Shown here piece by piece: positions 18,518-26,648 of a stretch of DNA of 64,000 nt (its first letter is position 1; each line of letters opens with the position of its first letter). The notes beneath the pieces are model-generated. The model saw nothing but the letters and a program-made list of their open reading frames with translations, was not told the origin of the DNA and searched no databases. This DNA is from Dehalococcoidia bacterium (GTDB lineage: Bacteria; Chloroflexota; Dehalococcoidia; SM23-28-2; RBG-16-64-32), in NCBI GenBank assembly GCA_963665775.2, contig CAXXTF010000002.1, forward strand, positions 1,107,231-1,171,230, read 5' to 3'. Made by a program: the position numbers and the translations under genes.

Positions 18518-18721
18518 AGCCGCGGTCACGCCGCCGACCTCCTCGAGTTCGGTCTCCACATAGGAGTTGCCGTAGCGGTCGCGCTTGATCTCGGCGCGGC
18601 TGACCTGACCGTGGTGGAGGGTGTTCTCCTCCCAGTAGGACATCTTCTGCCCCACGAGAGTGGCAGCCAACACCTTGAGCCCCTTCTCATCCATGGCGAA
18701 GCGAAGCTCTTTAATGGCCAT
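18491..18721 (-). CDS. hypothetical small protein (76 aa)
   Basis: The ORF lies directly downstream of the acyltransferase gene on the same strand. No motif recognised. Confidence 0.35.
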   Translation of the reverse strand: MAIKELRFAMDEKGLKVLAATLVGQKMSYWEENTLHHGQVSRAEIKRDRYGNSYVETELEEVGGVTAASAQQPQSG

Positions 18722-18814
18722 GCTTAATCCCTCACTTCGTAGTAGTCCACGATCATGATAGCGTACGCGAATGTGGAGGCAAAGGGAGACCGTCAGCGGG
18801 GACGGATCGCGAGG

Positions 18815-19732
18815 TCATTCGGGCCGCGGTTCCGGGAGCGGCGAGCCCTCGTCTGGCCACATGTCTCGGAAGACGTACCACTGCTCGGGATAGCGCCGCA
18901 CGAACCGCTCGAAGACGTTGACGATGGCCTGGGTGATCCGGCGGGCGTCCTCCTCCGGGTCGAGATCACGGTTCGAGAGGATGGGAGGAGTGACATGGGC
19001 GAGATAGCGGCCGCCCGGCCTGCGGACGGCGAGCCCGAAGACGATAGGAGCGCCGCTGAGTCGGGCCAGCCGCGCCGGGGCCACGGGAAAGACCGTCTCC
19101 TGACCGAAGAAGCTGATGGGGATGCCGCCTCCCCTGTCGATGCCCACATCGACGACCATGGCGACCATCTCCTTCTTGCGGAGGGCACGCAGAAGCGCGA
19201 TGCCGGACCTCGTAGGCGTCAAGAGCGTGATCCCCATCCAAGCGCGGCAGGCTTCCGCCCAGTCCATGAGGCACTTCGGGCGTAGCCGCTCCGATACGGC
19301 CGTAATCTTGTAGCCCCTGAGAACGGCGATGGATGCCGCGATCTCCGCGCTGCCCATGTGGGCGCTGGTGAAGATGATGCCGCGGCCGTACGACTCTGCC
19401 TCGGCGAAGTGCTCCTCGCCCTCGACCTCCATCCGCTCCAGGGTAGACTCGGTATCCCAACCCTGGACGTGAATCATCTCCACGATATACTGCCCAAACT
19501 GCCGGAAGCAGTCCCGGGATAGGCGACGGACAACCGGGTCGTCAACGCTCTGGCCAAGAATGCGCGCGTAGTTACGGCGAGCCTTCTCACGCTTGCCCTT
19601 GAAGATGGCATGGGCCAAGTCGGCGAAGGGGAGCGACAGCCGGCAGGCGAAGCCAAAGGGGAAGATGGGAATAGCAGTGCGATTGAAAACATAAAGCCCG
19701 GGGCCGGGAATCCAGCTCGATCGTTGGTTCAT
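18815..19732 (-). CDS. lysophospholipid / lipid A biosynthesis (LpxL/HtrB/PatA-type) acyltransferase family protein
   Basis: The 305-aa ORF has the region RGIIFTSAHMGSAE, an H-x4-acidic acyltransferase motif. Its overall layout resembles the Lip_A_acyltrans family. Confidence 0.65.
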   Translation of the reverse strand: MNQRSSWIPGPGLYVFNRTAIPIFPFGFACRLSLPFADLAHAIFKGKREKARRNYARILGQSVDDPVVRRLSRDCFRQFGQYIVEMIHVQGWDTESTLERMEVEGEEHFAEAESYGRGIIFTSAHMGSAEIAASIAVLRGYKITAVSERLRPKCLMDWAEACRAWMGITLLTPTRSGIALLRALRKKEMVAMVVDVGIDRGGGIPISFFGQETVFPVAPARLARLSGAPIVFGLAVRRPGGRYLAHVTPPILSNRDLDPEEDARRITQAIVNVFERFVRRYPEQWYVFRDMWPDEGSPLPEPRPE

Positions 19733-19740
19733 CGGAGCCG

Positions 19741-20238
19741 CTAGCCCCTCGCCGGCTGCCCTTCAGCGCGGCCCAGATAGAAGGCCTCTAGCTGGCGAGC
19801 GCGCTCCTGCGAGACCCGCAGGAAGACGGCGTTCGCCTCGGCCAGCAACCGTCCCTCAGGGCTACGAATCGCCGCCGCCACCTCTAGCCGACGACCGCGA
19901 TCTCGCGTGACCTCACCCCTGACGGTGAGCTCCTGATCGAGGGGGAGCGGCCGCCGGTACCTGACCTCCATCCTGGCCGTCACAGCCCAGATGCCGGCGG
20001 CGAACACCGCCCAACCCATCGCCTCGTCCAGGGCAGCCGCAGTGATGCCGCCGTGGACGAGGCCGGGGAAACCCTGGTGCAGGGTGCGGGCCTGGAACCG
20101 ACCAACCGCCGTCGTCCCCTCGACGGCGAACTCGATCTGGAGCCCCTCGGGATTGGCTTCGCCGCACCCGTAGCACCAGCGACGAGGGCTATCCACCGGC
20201 TCCTGTGTCACCATGGTACTTCCGGAAGGCGATAACAC
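19741..20238 (-). CDS. PaaI-family hotdog thioesterase
   Basis: CYGCGEANPEGLQIEF followed by GLVHGGITAALDEAMG. The likely start is the ATG at 20214 (MVTQEP), which still overlaps the fabF 3' end by 26 nt. Confidence 0.65.
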   Translation of the reverse strand: MLSPSGSTMVTQEPVDSPRRWCYGCGEANPEGLQIEFAVEGTTAVGRFQARTLHQGFPGLVHGGITAAALDEAMGWAVFAAGIWAVTARMEVRYRRPLPLDQELTVRGEVTRDRGRRLEVAAAIRSPEGRLLAEANAVFLRVSQERARQLEAFYLGRAEGQPARG

Positions 20239-21445
20239 CGTTCTGCCCCCCGAAGCCGAAGCCGTTGACCAGGACCACCTGCACCGGGGCCCGGCGGGCG
20301 GTCAGGGGCACGTAGTCCAGATCGCATTCCGGGTCCGGGTTCTCCAGGTTGATCGTGGGGGGGATGAGGCCCTCGTCCAGAGCCAGAATAGCGGCCAGGG
20401 CAGACACGGCGCCGGCCGCGCCAAGCTGGTGTCCAACCATGGACTTGGGGGCAGTGACGGCCAGGTTATAGGCGTGCTTCCCCAGGGCCCGCTTGATCGC
20501 GACGGTCTCGGCGACATCGTTGAGCGCGGTACTGGTACCGTGAGCGACGATACAGTCCACCTCTTCTGCTCTCAGGCCAGAGGCCTTGAGGGCGCGCTCT
20601 ATGGCCAGGGCGGCGGCGTCGCCGGTGGGATCGGGGGCGGTGATGTGATAGGCATCGCAGGTGGTGGCGCCGCCGCAGAGTTCGGCGTAGATACGCACGC
20701 CGCGGGCCAGGGCGTGCTCCAGACGCTCCACGACCATGGCGGCGGCCCCCTCACCGTAGACGAAACCGTCCCGATCGAGATCGAAGGGGCGACAGGCGCG
20801 CTCGGGCTCGTCGTTGCGAGAGGACAGCGCCCGCACGTTGGCCATGGCGGAGACGGCGACAGGCACGATGTTGGCCTCCGCACCACCGACGATCGCAACG
20901 TCCACCTCACCCAGGTCGATGAGCCGCTTGGCGTCGACGAAGGCGAAGATGCCGGCGGCGCAGGCGGCGACGGAGGTGATGGTGGGGCCACGGATGCCCA
21001 GGTTAATGGCGACCTGGCAGGAGGCCATATTCGGGGCCATGGCCGGCACGGTGAAGGGGCTGACCCGGGAAGGACCCTTCTCCAGGAGAACGGTCTGGCT
21101 ATCGGCGATGGCGTCCACGCCCCCGCCGCCGGTGTTCATGATTACCGCGGTGTCGTCGCGGTTGCTATCGTCGATAACAAGGCCGGCGTGCTCCGCGGCT
21201 TGGCGGGCGGCCGCCACCGCGAACTGGGAGAAGCGAGCCGCCCGCCGCGCGGCCTTCGCCTCCATGTATCGTCTGGGGTCCCAATCCTTGACCTCGGCGG
21301 CGATCTGACAGTCCATGTCAGCCGGGTCAAAGAGGGTGATGCGCCGGACGCCGGAGACACCGGCGGTCAGGTTCGACCAAAACTCGTCCACGCTCTGACC
21401 GATGGGTGTGATACAGCCGAGGCCCGTGACTACCAACCTGGCCAT
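20189..21445 (-). CDS. fabF: beta-ketoacyl-ACP synthase II
   Basis: The Cys-His-His triad contexts are present: VAACAAGIFAF, VAHGTSTALND and SMVGHQLGAAG; 418 aa. Confidence 0.85.
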   Translation of the reverse strand: MARLVVTGLGCITPIGQSVDEFWSNLTAGVSGVRRITLFDPADMDCQIAAEVKDWDPRRYMEAKAARRAARFSQFAVAAARQAAEHAGLVIDDSNRDDTAVIMNTGGGGVDAIADSQTVLLEKGPSRVSPFTVPAMAPNMASCQVAINLGIRGPTITSVAACAAGIFAFVDAKRLIDLGEVDVAIVGGAEANIVPVAVSAMANVRALSSRNDEPERACRPFDLDRDGFVYGEGAAAMVVERLEHALARGVRIYAELCGGATTCDAYHITAPDPTGDAAALAIERALKASGLRAEEVDCIVAHGTSTALNDVAETVAIKRALGKHAYNLAVTAPKSMVGHQLGAAGAVSALAAILALDEGLIPPTINLENPDPECDLDYVPLTARRAPVQVVLVNGFGFGGQNGVIAFRKYHGDTGAGG

Positions 21446-21497
21446 TAGCTAATCCCCCATTTAAACGATCCGGGCGGCGCCGGCCTGAGCGACACGA

Positions 21498-21911
21498 TCA
21501 AGCGACCACCTCAGCTTTAGCCGACAGCAGAACCTCGCCGTGCTGGTTACGGCACTCCACGGTGCAGAAAGTGCGGCCATTCTCCGTCCGTTCGACGCGG
21601 CCCGACGCTGTAACCGTGTCGCCGGGCCGGGCGGCAGTGCGAAAGCGCGCCTTGATCCGGCTGCTGGAGAGCCATCGCGATCCGAATGCCGCCGTCATCA
21701 TCTCCGAGAGGTAGGCCAGGACGAGCATCCCATGGGCGATCGTGCCGCCGAACTGGGACTGGGCCGCAAACTCCGGGTCCGTGTGCAGGGGGTTACCGTC
21801 CCCACCGGCGCGGGCATAGCGATCGATCTTCTCCTGGGTCAGCACTTTCGCTACGGAGGACAGCTCGCCCCCCACCTTCGGGCCTGCCTCCCGGTCAAAC
21901 TGCTCGGTCAT
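21498..21911 (-). CDS. MaoC-like (R)-specific enoyl-CoA/ACP hydratase, catalytic hotdog subunit
   Basis: Hydratase motif GGDGNPLHTDPEFAAQSQFGGTIAHGML. I placed the start at the internal ATG 21911 (MTEQFD), 5 nt after the upstream gene's stop. The listed ORF extends to 22031. Confidence 0.7.
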   Translation of the reverse strand: MTEQFDREAGPKVGGELSSVAKVLTQEKIDRYARAGGDGNPLHTDPEFAAQSQFGGTIAHGMLVLAYLSEMMTAAFGSRWLSSSRIKARFRTAARPGDTVTASGRVERTENGRTFCTVECRNQHGEVLLSAKAEVVA

Positions 21912-21916
21912 CGCTT

Positions 21917-22354
21917 TCAGGTCCGGCTCTCCTGGCCCTGATCCAGGGGCATGGTCACTGTAGTCCGACCCGTCATGACGAGAGCGAGAGCCTCGTCCTC
22001 GACCTTGAGATCGATCCTCATGATGACCCAACCCTGACGTTCGCCCCGGCTGGCGATCCGGCCAGCCGCCGAGAGCCGCTCGCCCATGCCCACCGGCCGG
22101 AAGAAGGCCACCTCTTGCCCCAAGTGGATAGCACCGGTGGGAAGCCTGGCGCTATCCAGGAGAGCGCGGATGGAAAGGGCAGCCACGGCCATAGGGGGAA
22201 CCATGTCCCGGCCCAGGCCAGCGATGGCTCCGTCCTCCACGGCTTCCGCATACTCGCGCACCCACTGTGATGACAGGTGGAAGGCCACGGACGGGAACTC
22301 ATGGCCTTTGGACAGCGCCTCCAGGTTCAGCGGCATTCGCCTTAACCGGCCCAC
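21917..22354 (-). CDS. hotdog-fold protein, non-catalytic MaoC N-terminal-like partner (HadA-like position)
   Basis: The 145-aa ORF lies immediately upstream of the catalytic MaoC subunit and lacks the D-x-N-P-x-H motif. An alternative start is the ATG at 22336 (MPLNLEAL). Confidence 0.5.
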   Translation of the reverse strand: MGRLRRMPLNLEALSKGHEFPSVAFHLSSQWVREYAEAVEDGAIAGLGRDMVPPMAVAALSIRALLDSARLPTGAIHLGQEVAFFRPVGMGERLSAAGRIASRGERQGWVIMRIDLKVEDEALALVMTGRTTVTMPLDQGQESRT

Positions 22355-22537
22355 CCAGCGAAGGGGCTCGCATCGATGATCGATATATGCCTCACGGGGT
22401 CGAGTAACCTCCGGTCTCTTGCTCCGCAGCGATGGCGGCTCGACCTCAGTATAAAGGATGAGGCGAGCCTTGCGGCAAGGGCCAAGCCGTACCGAAAGCG
22501 GCAGAGGCGTGCTAACATCAGATAAGAAAGCAGGTAC

Positions 22538-22849
22538 ATGCCAAAGGTAACCATCCAGCCCCTGAATCTGACCATAGACGTGGAGGAGGGGGCCACGCTA
22601 ATGGAGGCGGCCTGGCGTCACGGCCTGTACTGGCCCACCACCTGCGGCGGCCAGGGCATCTGCACCTCTTGCACCTGTAGCGTGGAAGATGGGGCCGAGA
22701 ACCTGGAAGCCATGGGCCGCTCCGAGCGCAAGAGCCTGACCGCGGAGTTCAGCGAGGAAGCGCTCAGCCAGCGACGGCTACGTCTCGCCTGCCAGGCACG
22801 GGTACGTGGGGACGTGGCGGTCAGCAAGCGTGGAGTACGTCCGGCGTGA
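22538..22849 (+). CDS. 2Fe-2S ferredoxin
   Basis: Cys pattern CGGQGICTSCTC plus a distal C (LACQARV), 103 aa. Confidence 0.75.
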   Translation: MPKVTIQPLNLTIDVEEGATLMEAAWRHGLYWPTTCGGQGICTSCTCSVEDGAENLEAMGRSERKSLTAEFSEEALSQRRLRLACQARVRGDVAVSKRGVRPA

Positions 22850-23019
22850 CCCTCAGCGCCCACGCTAGGCTGACGCTGGGCAGCACAACAGGGGAACCGC
22901 CGTCGTCCCTGGGCCAGCTGACCGTTCACTGCCACTTGACGCTGGCGATATAAATCCTTAAGCTCTTGTATGTCTCCTATAGACACAGTCGATAATGCCG
23001 TACTCTGGAGGCTTCCTTT

Positions 23020-23922
23020 TTGGACTTCGGGCAGGTTCAGGCCTTCGTGCAGGTGGCCGCCCACAACTCTTTCAGCAGAGCGGCGGAGGTCCTTCAGCTG
23101 ACACAGCCATCCATCACGGCCCGCATTCAGACCATGGAACGCGAGCTCGGTGAGGAGCTGTTCGAACGGGGTGGCCGCGGGGTGCGGTTGACCGACGCGG
23201 GACGGACATATCACCCTTATGCGGAGCGGATCCTCCGGACGCTACAGGAGGGCCGCGATGCCCTGGAGGAGGTGGGAACCCTCCGGCTAGGTTCCCTTCG
23301 CCTCGGCTCGGCGCTGACCATCTCTACATACGTCCTGCCCAGGATTCTCCACACCTTCCGTCAGCGCTATCCAGGTGTCGATGTTGTCATCCGGACCGGC
23401 CGCTCCGAGCAGGTGCTGAGCATGCTCCAGGCTGACGAGATCCAGATAGGACTGGTTCGCGCCCTCTCTCACCCAGACCTAGAGACAGTCCACCTTTACA
23501 ACGATGAGATCGCCCTAATCGCCTACCCCGAACACCCGTTCGCCGGCGGCCCCAGAATCAGCGTGGAAGATCTGGCAAGCCAGCCCTTAATCCTCTTCGA
23601 CCGAGGCTCTTCCTATTACGGACTTATTCACAACCTCTTCCGCCAGGCAGGCGTCATTCCCAATGTGGCCATGGAGTTGGACTCCCTGGAAGCGACGAAG
23701 CGCATGGTGGAGGAGGAGCTGGGCATCGCGCTAGTGCCTCTCGTCACCGTCGAGCGGGAGCTGGCAGCGGGAACCCTGGTAAGGGTGGATATGAGCGATG
23801 CGGAGCCGCTTGAGCACCCCATCGCCCTCATCTCCCGTCGCAACCGCAAACGGCCGCGAACCGTTCAGGCGTTCGTGGACACCTTAGCCGAGATGTACGC
23901 CCCGAGCTTGCCCGTAGGGTAG
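23020..23922 (+). CDS. LysR family transcriptional regulator
   Basis: N-terminal wHTH (FSRAAEVLQLTQPSITARIQTMERELG) plus a substrate-binding domain; TTG start. Confidence 0.85.
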   Translation: MDFGQVQAFVQVAAHNSFSRAAEVLQLTQPSITARIQTMERELGEELFERGGRGVRLTDAGRTYHPYAERILRTLQEGRDALEEVGTLRLGSLRLGSALTISTYVLPRILHTFRQRYPGVDVVIRTGRSEQVLSMLQADEIQIGLVRALSHPDLETVHLYNDEIALIAYPEHPFAGGPRISVEDLASQPLILFDRGSSYYGLIHNLFRQAGVIPNVAMELDSLEATKRMVEEELGIALVPLVTVERELAAGTLVRVDMSDAEPLEHPIALISRRNRKRPRTVQAFVDTLAEMYAPSLPVG

Positions 23923-23972
23923 GTGGTCCCCAGCGTTCCACCCTCTACTTCTGTCTATCACCGCTTGCGGAT

Positions 23973-24503
23973 TCAGCGTTTTTGCTTCTCCGCCTGAACT
24001 CGATCGCGCAGCCGTTTGAGGGCGCGGAAGACGGCGACGCGCACATGACTCGCGGTCATACCCATGACCTGAGCGATCTCTCCATGCGTTAGCCCCGCTT
24101 CGAACTTGAGGGACAGGATCTCCTGGTCACGGTTGATCAGCGTGCGAAAGTGGCGCATGAGCTCGGCAATCTCTTCGTCTTGAACTGCCTGTTCCGCGGG
24201 ATCCGGGGGCCGATCCGCTAGCCAGACGGACTCTTTGGCCCGATCCATTGTGTTGAGCTCTCGCTTGCGCCTACGGAAGGAGCCCACAACCACGTTCCTG
24301 GCGATTGCGAACAGCCAGGCGCCATAGGCCCCCGCTTCCCTCAGGCTATGACCCTTGGCGTAAGCCCGCTCGAAGATCTCGGCAGTGAGGTCTTTGGTCA
24401 ACTCCACGTTGTTGACACGGCTGTACACGAAGGCGAACACCCTAGTGTAATAGCTCTCGTATAGCTCCGTGAAGACCGAGTCATAGTCCTTCTTGCCCGT
24501 CAT
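23973..24503 (-). CDS. ECF-type RNA polymerase sigma-70 factor
   Basis: Region 2 (YYTRVFAFVYSRV...WLFAIARNVVV) and region 4 (LTHGEIAQVMGMTASHVRVAVFRALKRLR). I placed the start at the ATG 24503 (MTGKKDY). The listed ORF extends to 24701, through an inverted repeat. Confidence 0.8.
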   Translation of the reverse strand: MTGKKDYDSVFTELYESYYTRVFAFVYSRVNNVELTKDLTAEIFERAYAKGHSLREAGAYGAWLFAIARNVVVGSFRRRKRELNTMDRAKESVWLADRPPDPAEQAVQDEEIAELMRHFRTLINRDQEILSLKFEAGLTHGEIAQVMGMTASHVRVAVFRALKRLRDRVQAEKQKR

Positions 24504-24571
24504 CTGGGCCTGCCTGACTTGCGAAGCCCTCCCCCGTTTCGATGGCCATCTCCCCTCAGCCATTTCTCGTG

Positions 24572-24657
24572 CTTCCATGCCCAGGAGGAGGATCTTCGCC
24601 AGCCGGACCGCGACGTTCAGGACGGCCTGGGGAAGATCCTCCTCCTGGGCATGGAAG
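24572..24657. repeat. perfect 26-bp inverted repeat (arms 24572..24597 and 24632..24657, 34-nt spacer)
   Basis: CTTCCATGCCCAGGAGGAGGATCTTC and GAAGATCCTCCTCCTGGGCATGGAAG are exact reverse complements, checked base by base. Confidence 0.9.
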
Positions 24658-24796
24658 AGTCGCACCGCCAGCTGCCGCAGGTGCCCTGTATCTACCGACA
24701 CCCCGTTCTCTCACATCAGGTCACAATGGCATGCAAGCACGAACCTTGACTATAGCGGAAAGACGGAGGCAGCAAACGTGATATCTGTGAAGGATG

Positions 24797-24819
24797 CCGT
24801 GAAGCTTATCGCTTCACGG
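24797..24819 (-). terminator. hairpin downstream of nfo (possible terminator)
   Basis: CCGTGAAGC-ttatc-GCTTCACGG forms a 9-bp stem about 47 nt after the nfo stop. There is no clear U-tract. Confidence 0.3.
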
Positions 24820-24865
24820 GGCCTATGGCAGGAGGAACAGGGCTGGGCAGCGCTTCGGCAGGCTG

Positions 24866-25720
24866 CTAGGGGCGCCGGCCGGTGGCCCAGATCTCTTTCA
24901 GTATCTCCAGGTTCTCGCGGTCGGGACCCTGCTTGGCGAATCCTGGCACCTCTAGGAGGAAGGGCACGTCCGCGAAGGCCGCGTGGGCCATGATCTTCTC
25001 GAAGCCGCCGCGGCCGATGTGACCCTGGCCAATGTTCTCGTGCCGGTCGACGCCACCGCCCAGCGGACACTTGGAGTCATTGGCGTGAACGGCTACCAGC
25101 CTCTCCAGGCCGATCTCCCTATCGAACTCCGCCATGGCGGCTTCCAGCCCGGCCTGGGACTTCAGATCGTAGCCGGAGGCGAAGGCGTGCTGGGTATCCA
25201 GGCAAACCTTGACCCGCGGGCTACCGGCCTCCCGTATAATGGCGGCCAGCTCGCCGAACTTCGAGCCGATGGCGTCGCCCATGCCGGCGCTGTTCTCCAG
25301 GATGAGCCAGACCTCCTCTGGCGTGGCCGCGATGATCCCGCGGACGGACTCCACAACCTGACCAAACACCTCATCGTAGCCCCTACCACGGTGGCTACCG
25401 ATGTGGAAGATAACGCCCGTAGCGCCCAGCAGGTGACAGACCTTCATGTCGTGGACGAGGGCCTCGCGGGACTTGGCCAGGTTCTCCGGGTTGCCAGTGG
25501 CCAGGTTCACCAGATACACGCCGTGGAGGAAGGTGGGGGAGATGCCGGTCTCCTCCACCCTGGCCGCATAGGCCTGCACCTCGTCCGGCTTGTACTCCTT
25601 ACGACGCCAGGCCTGAGGGGCACCGCTGAAGATCTGAACCGCTTCCGCGCCTATCTCCTGCGCGCGACCGATGGCCTTATCGACCCCGCCAGAGGCGGAG
25701 ACGTGAGCCCCTATCTTCAT
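24866..25720 (-). CDS. nfo: deoxyribonuclease IV (endonuclease IV, AP endonuclease family 2)
   Basis: MKIGAHVSASGG N-terminus and a TIM-barrel AP endonuclease layout (HGVYLVNLA, IFHIGSH, ILENSAG, CLDTQHAFASGYD). Confidence 0.9.
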   Translation of the reverse strand: MKIGAHVSASGGVDKAIGRAQEIGAEAVQIFSGAPQAWRRKEYKPDEVQAYAARVEETGISPTFLHGVYLVNLATGNPENLAKSREALVHDMKVCHLLGATGVIFHIGSHRGRGYDEVFGQVVESVRGIIAATPEEVWLILENSAGMGDAIGSKFGELAAIIREAGSPRVKVCLDTQHAFASGYDLKSQAGLEAAMAEFDREIGLERLVAVHANDSKCPLGGGVDRHENIGQGHIGRGGFEKIMAHAAFADVPFLLEVPGFAKQGPDRENLEILKEIWATGRRP

Positions 25721-26040
25721 CGTCGTCTCCTGGCCAGGGATGGGGTTCGGGCCAGAAGGCCGCGAGCCCAGGGGAGAAATACTTTATCCTGCACAGCTTC
25801 AACCGCCTCCTCGTCTGTCAGGCCGAAGCCGGCCCGCACCGTCGCTATCCCCATCCCCAGGTCGACTTCCGCCGACGCCGCACCGGGCAGCCCGTCCAGG
25901 GCCGCTCTCACGCGACGCGCTCATAAGCCACATATCATCCCCCGCACCTGAAGGCGAAGGGTCTGCCCTTTCTCATCGGACTCCAGGGATATCACCTGGG
26001 CTTCCGGGAAGACGAACAGATTACGGAGCCTGATGGACAT
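25717..26040 (-). CDS. heavy-metal-associated (HMA) domain protein with an in-frame TGA at 25923..25921; candidate selenoprotein (CxxU), or a nonsense-disrupted gene
   Basis: The ATG at 26040 is preceded by the SD GGAGGTG and a TGGTATAAT box. Translation gives ...TLRLQVRGMICGL[TGA]ARRVRAALDGLPGAASAEVDLGMGIATV...EEAVEAVQD. This follows the HMA pattern GMxCxxCxxxVxxALxxxxGVxxxxVxL, with the TGA at the second Cys. The stop overlaps the nfo start (ATGA). Confidence 0.55.
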
Positions 26041-26043
26041 CAG

Positions 26044-26068
26044 CACCTCCAGTGGACCAATTATACCA
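26044..26068 (-). promoter_or_regulatory. extended -10 box and Shine-Dalgarno of the HMA-nfo unit
   Basis: Minus strand reads TGGTATAAT (26068..26060), then GGAGGTG (26050..26044), then CTG, then ATG (26040). Confidence 0.45.
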
Positions 26069-26224
26069 AGTCTGATGCCCTAGGTCTCACAAAGGGCCCG
26101 CCTCTGACCGCCTGCTTGAGATCAATCGTGGCAGGGGCAGGATGGCAGCTACCTGAACGCTGGACTGGCTACGTCTGGCAGCGGTAAAATGTTGATAGGA
26201 TGTCGTCCCACACACGAGGTTGCT

Positions 26225-26641
26225 ATGTCCAATAGGCTCCAAAAGGAGGTTGAGGAGCTGCTGACCAAGCTGGACACCTTCCCACCCAAACGTCCCATCT
26301 GGGTCCGGGTTCGGGATACGTTCACCAGCCCCTTCAGGAGCACCGGTCGCTGGCTGCGCGATATGCGTCTGCCCCGCGTCTCTCCCGGTCATATCCTCCT
26401 GACCGCGATCGTGGTCATCATCGTCGCCTGGGTCGCCAAGCCGGGTGGCGACTCTATCGCCCGCTACCTCATCGTAGCGGGGATCGTCCTCTTCATCGGC
26501 GCCTTCGTCCTCTCCCTGCGACACCAATCCCAGACCCACACGCCGCAGAAGCGGTGGCGCGGCCAGCCCATGGATCTGAGCAGCCCCACAGCAGGTACCC
26601 GCCTGCGTTCCTGGTGGAGCCGCCGGCGTAGCCGCCGCTAG
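26225..26641 (+). CDS. hypothetical membrane protein (two TM helices, Arg/Trp-rich tail)
   Basis: MSNRLQKEVEELL... start with a GAGG 7 nt upstream. Two hydrophobic segments are present (ILLTAIVVIIVAWVA, LIVAGIVLFIGAFVL). Confidence 0.45.
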   Translation: MSNRLQKEVEELLTKLDTFPPKRPIWVRVRDTFTSPFRSTGRWLRDMRLPRVSPGHILLTAIVVIIVAWVAKPGGDSIARYLIVAGIVLFIGAFVLSLRHQSQTHTPQKRWRGQPMDLSSPTAGTRLRSWWSRRRSRR

Positions 26642-26648
26642 CAAAGCC

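Noticed and set aside
24504-24701. 66-aa N-terminal extension of the ECF sigma ORF
   Set aside because: The extension reads through the 26-bp inverted repeat, giving mirrored peptides on both strands, and has no sigma region 1-like features. The canonical region 2 begins shortly after the internal ATG at 24503.
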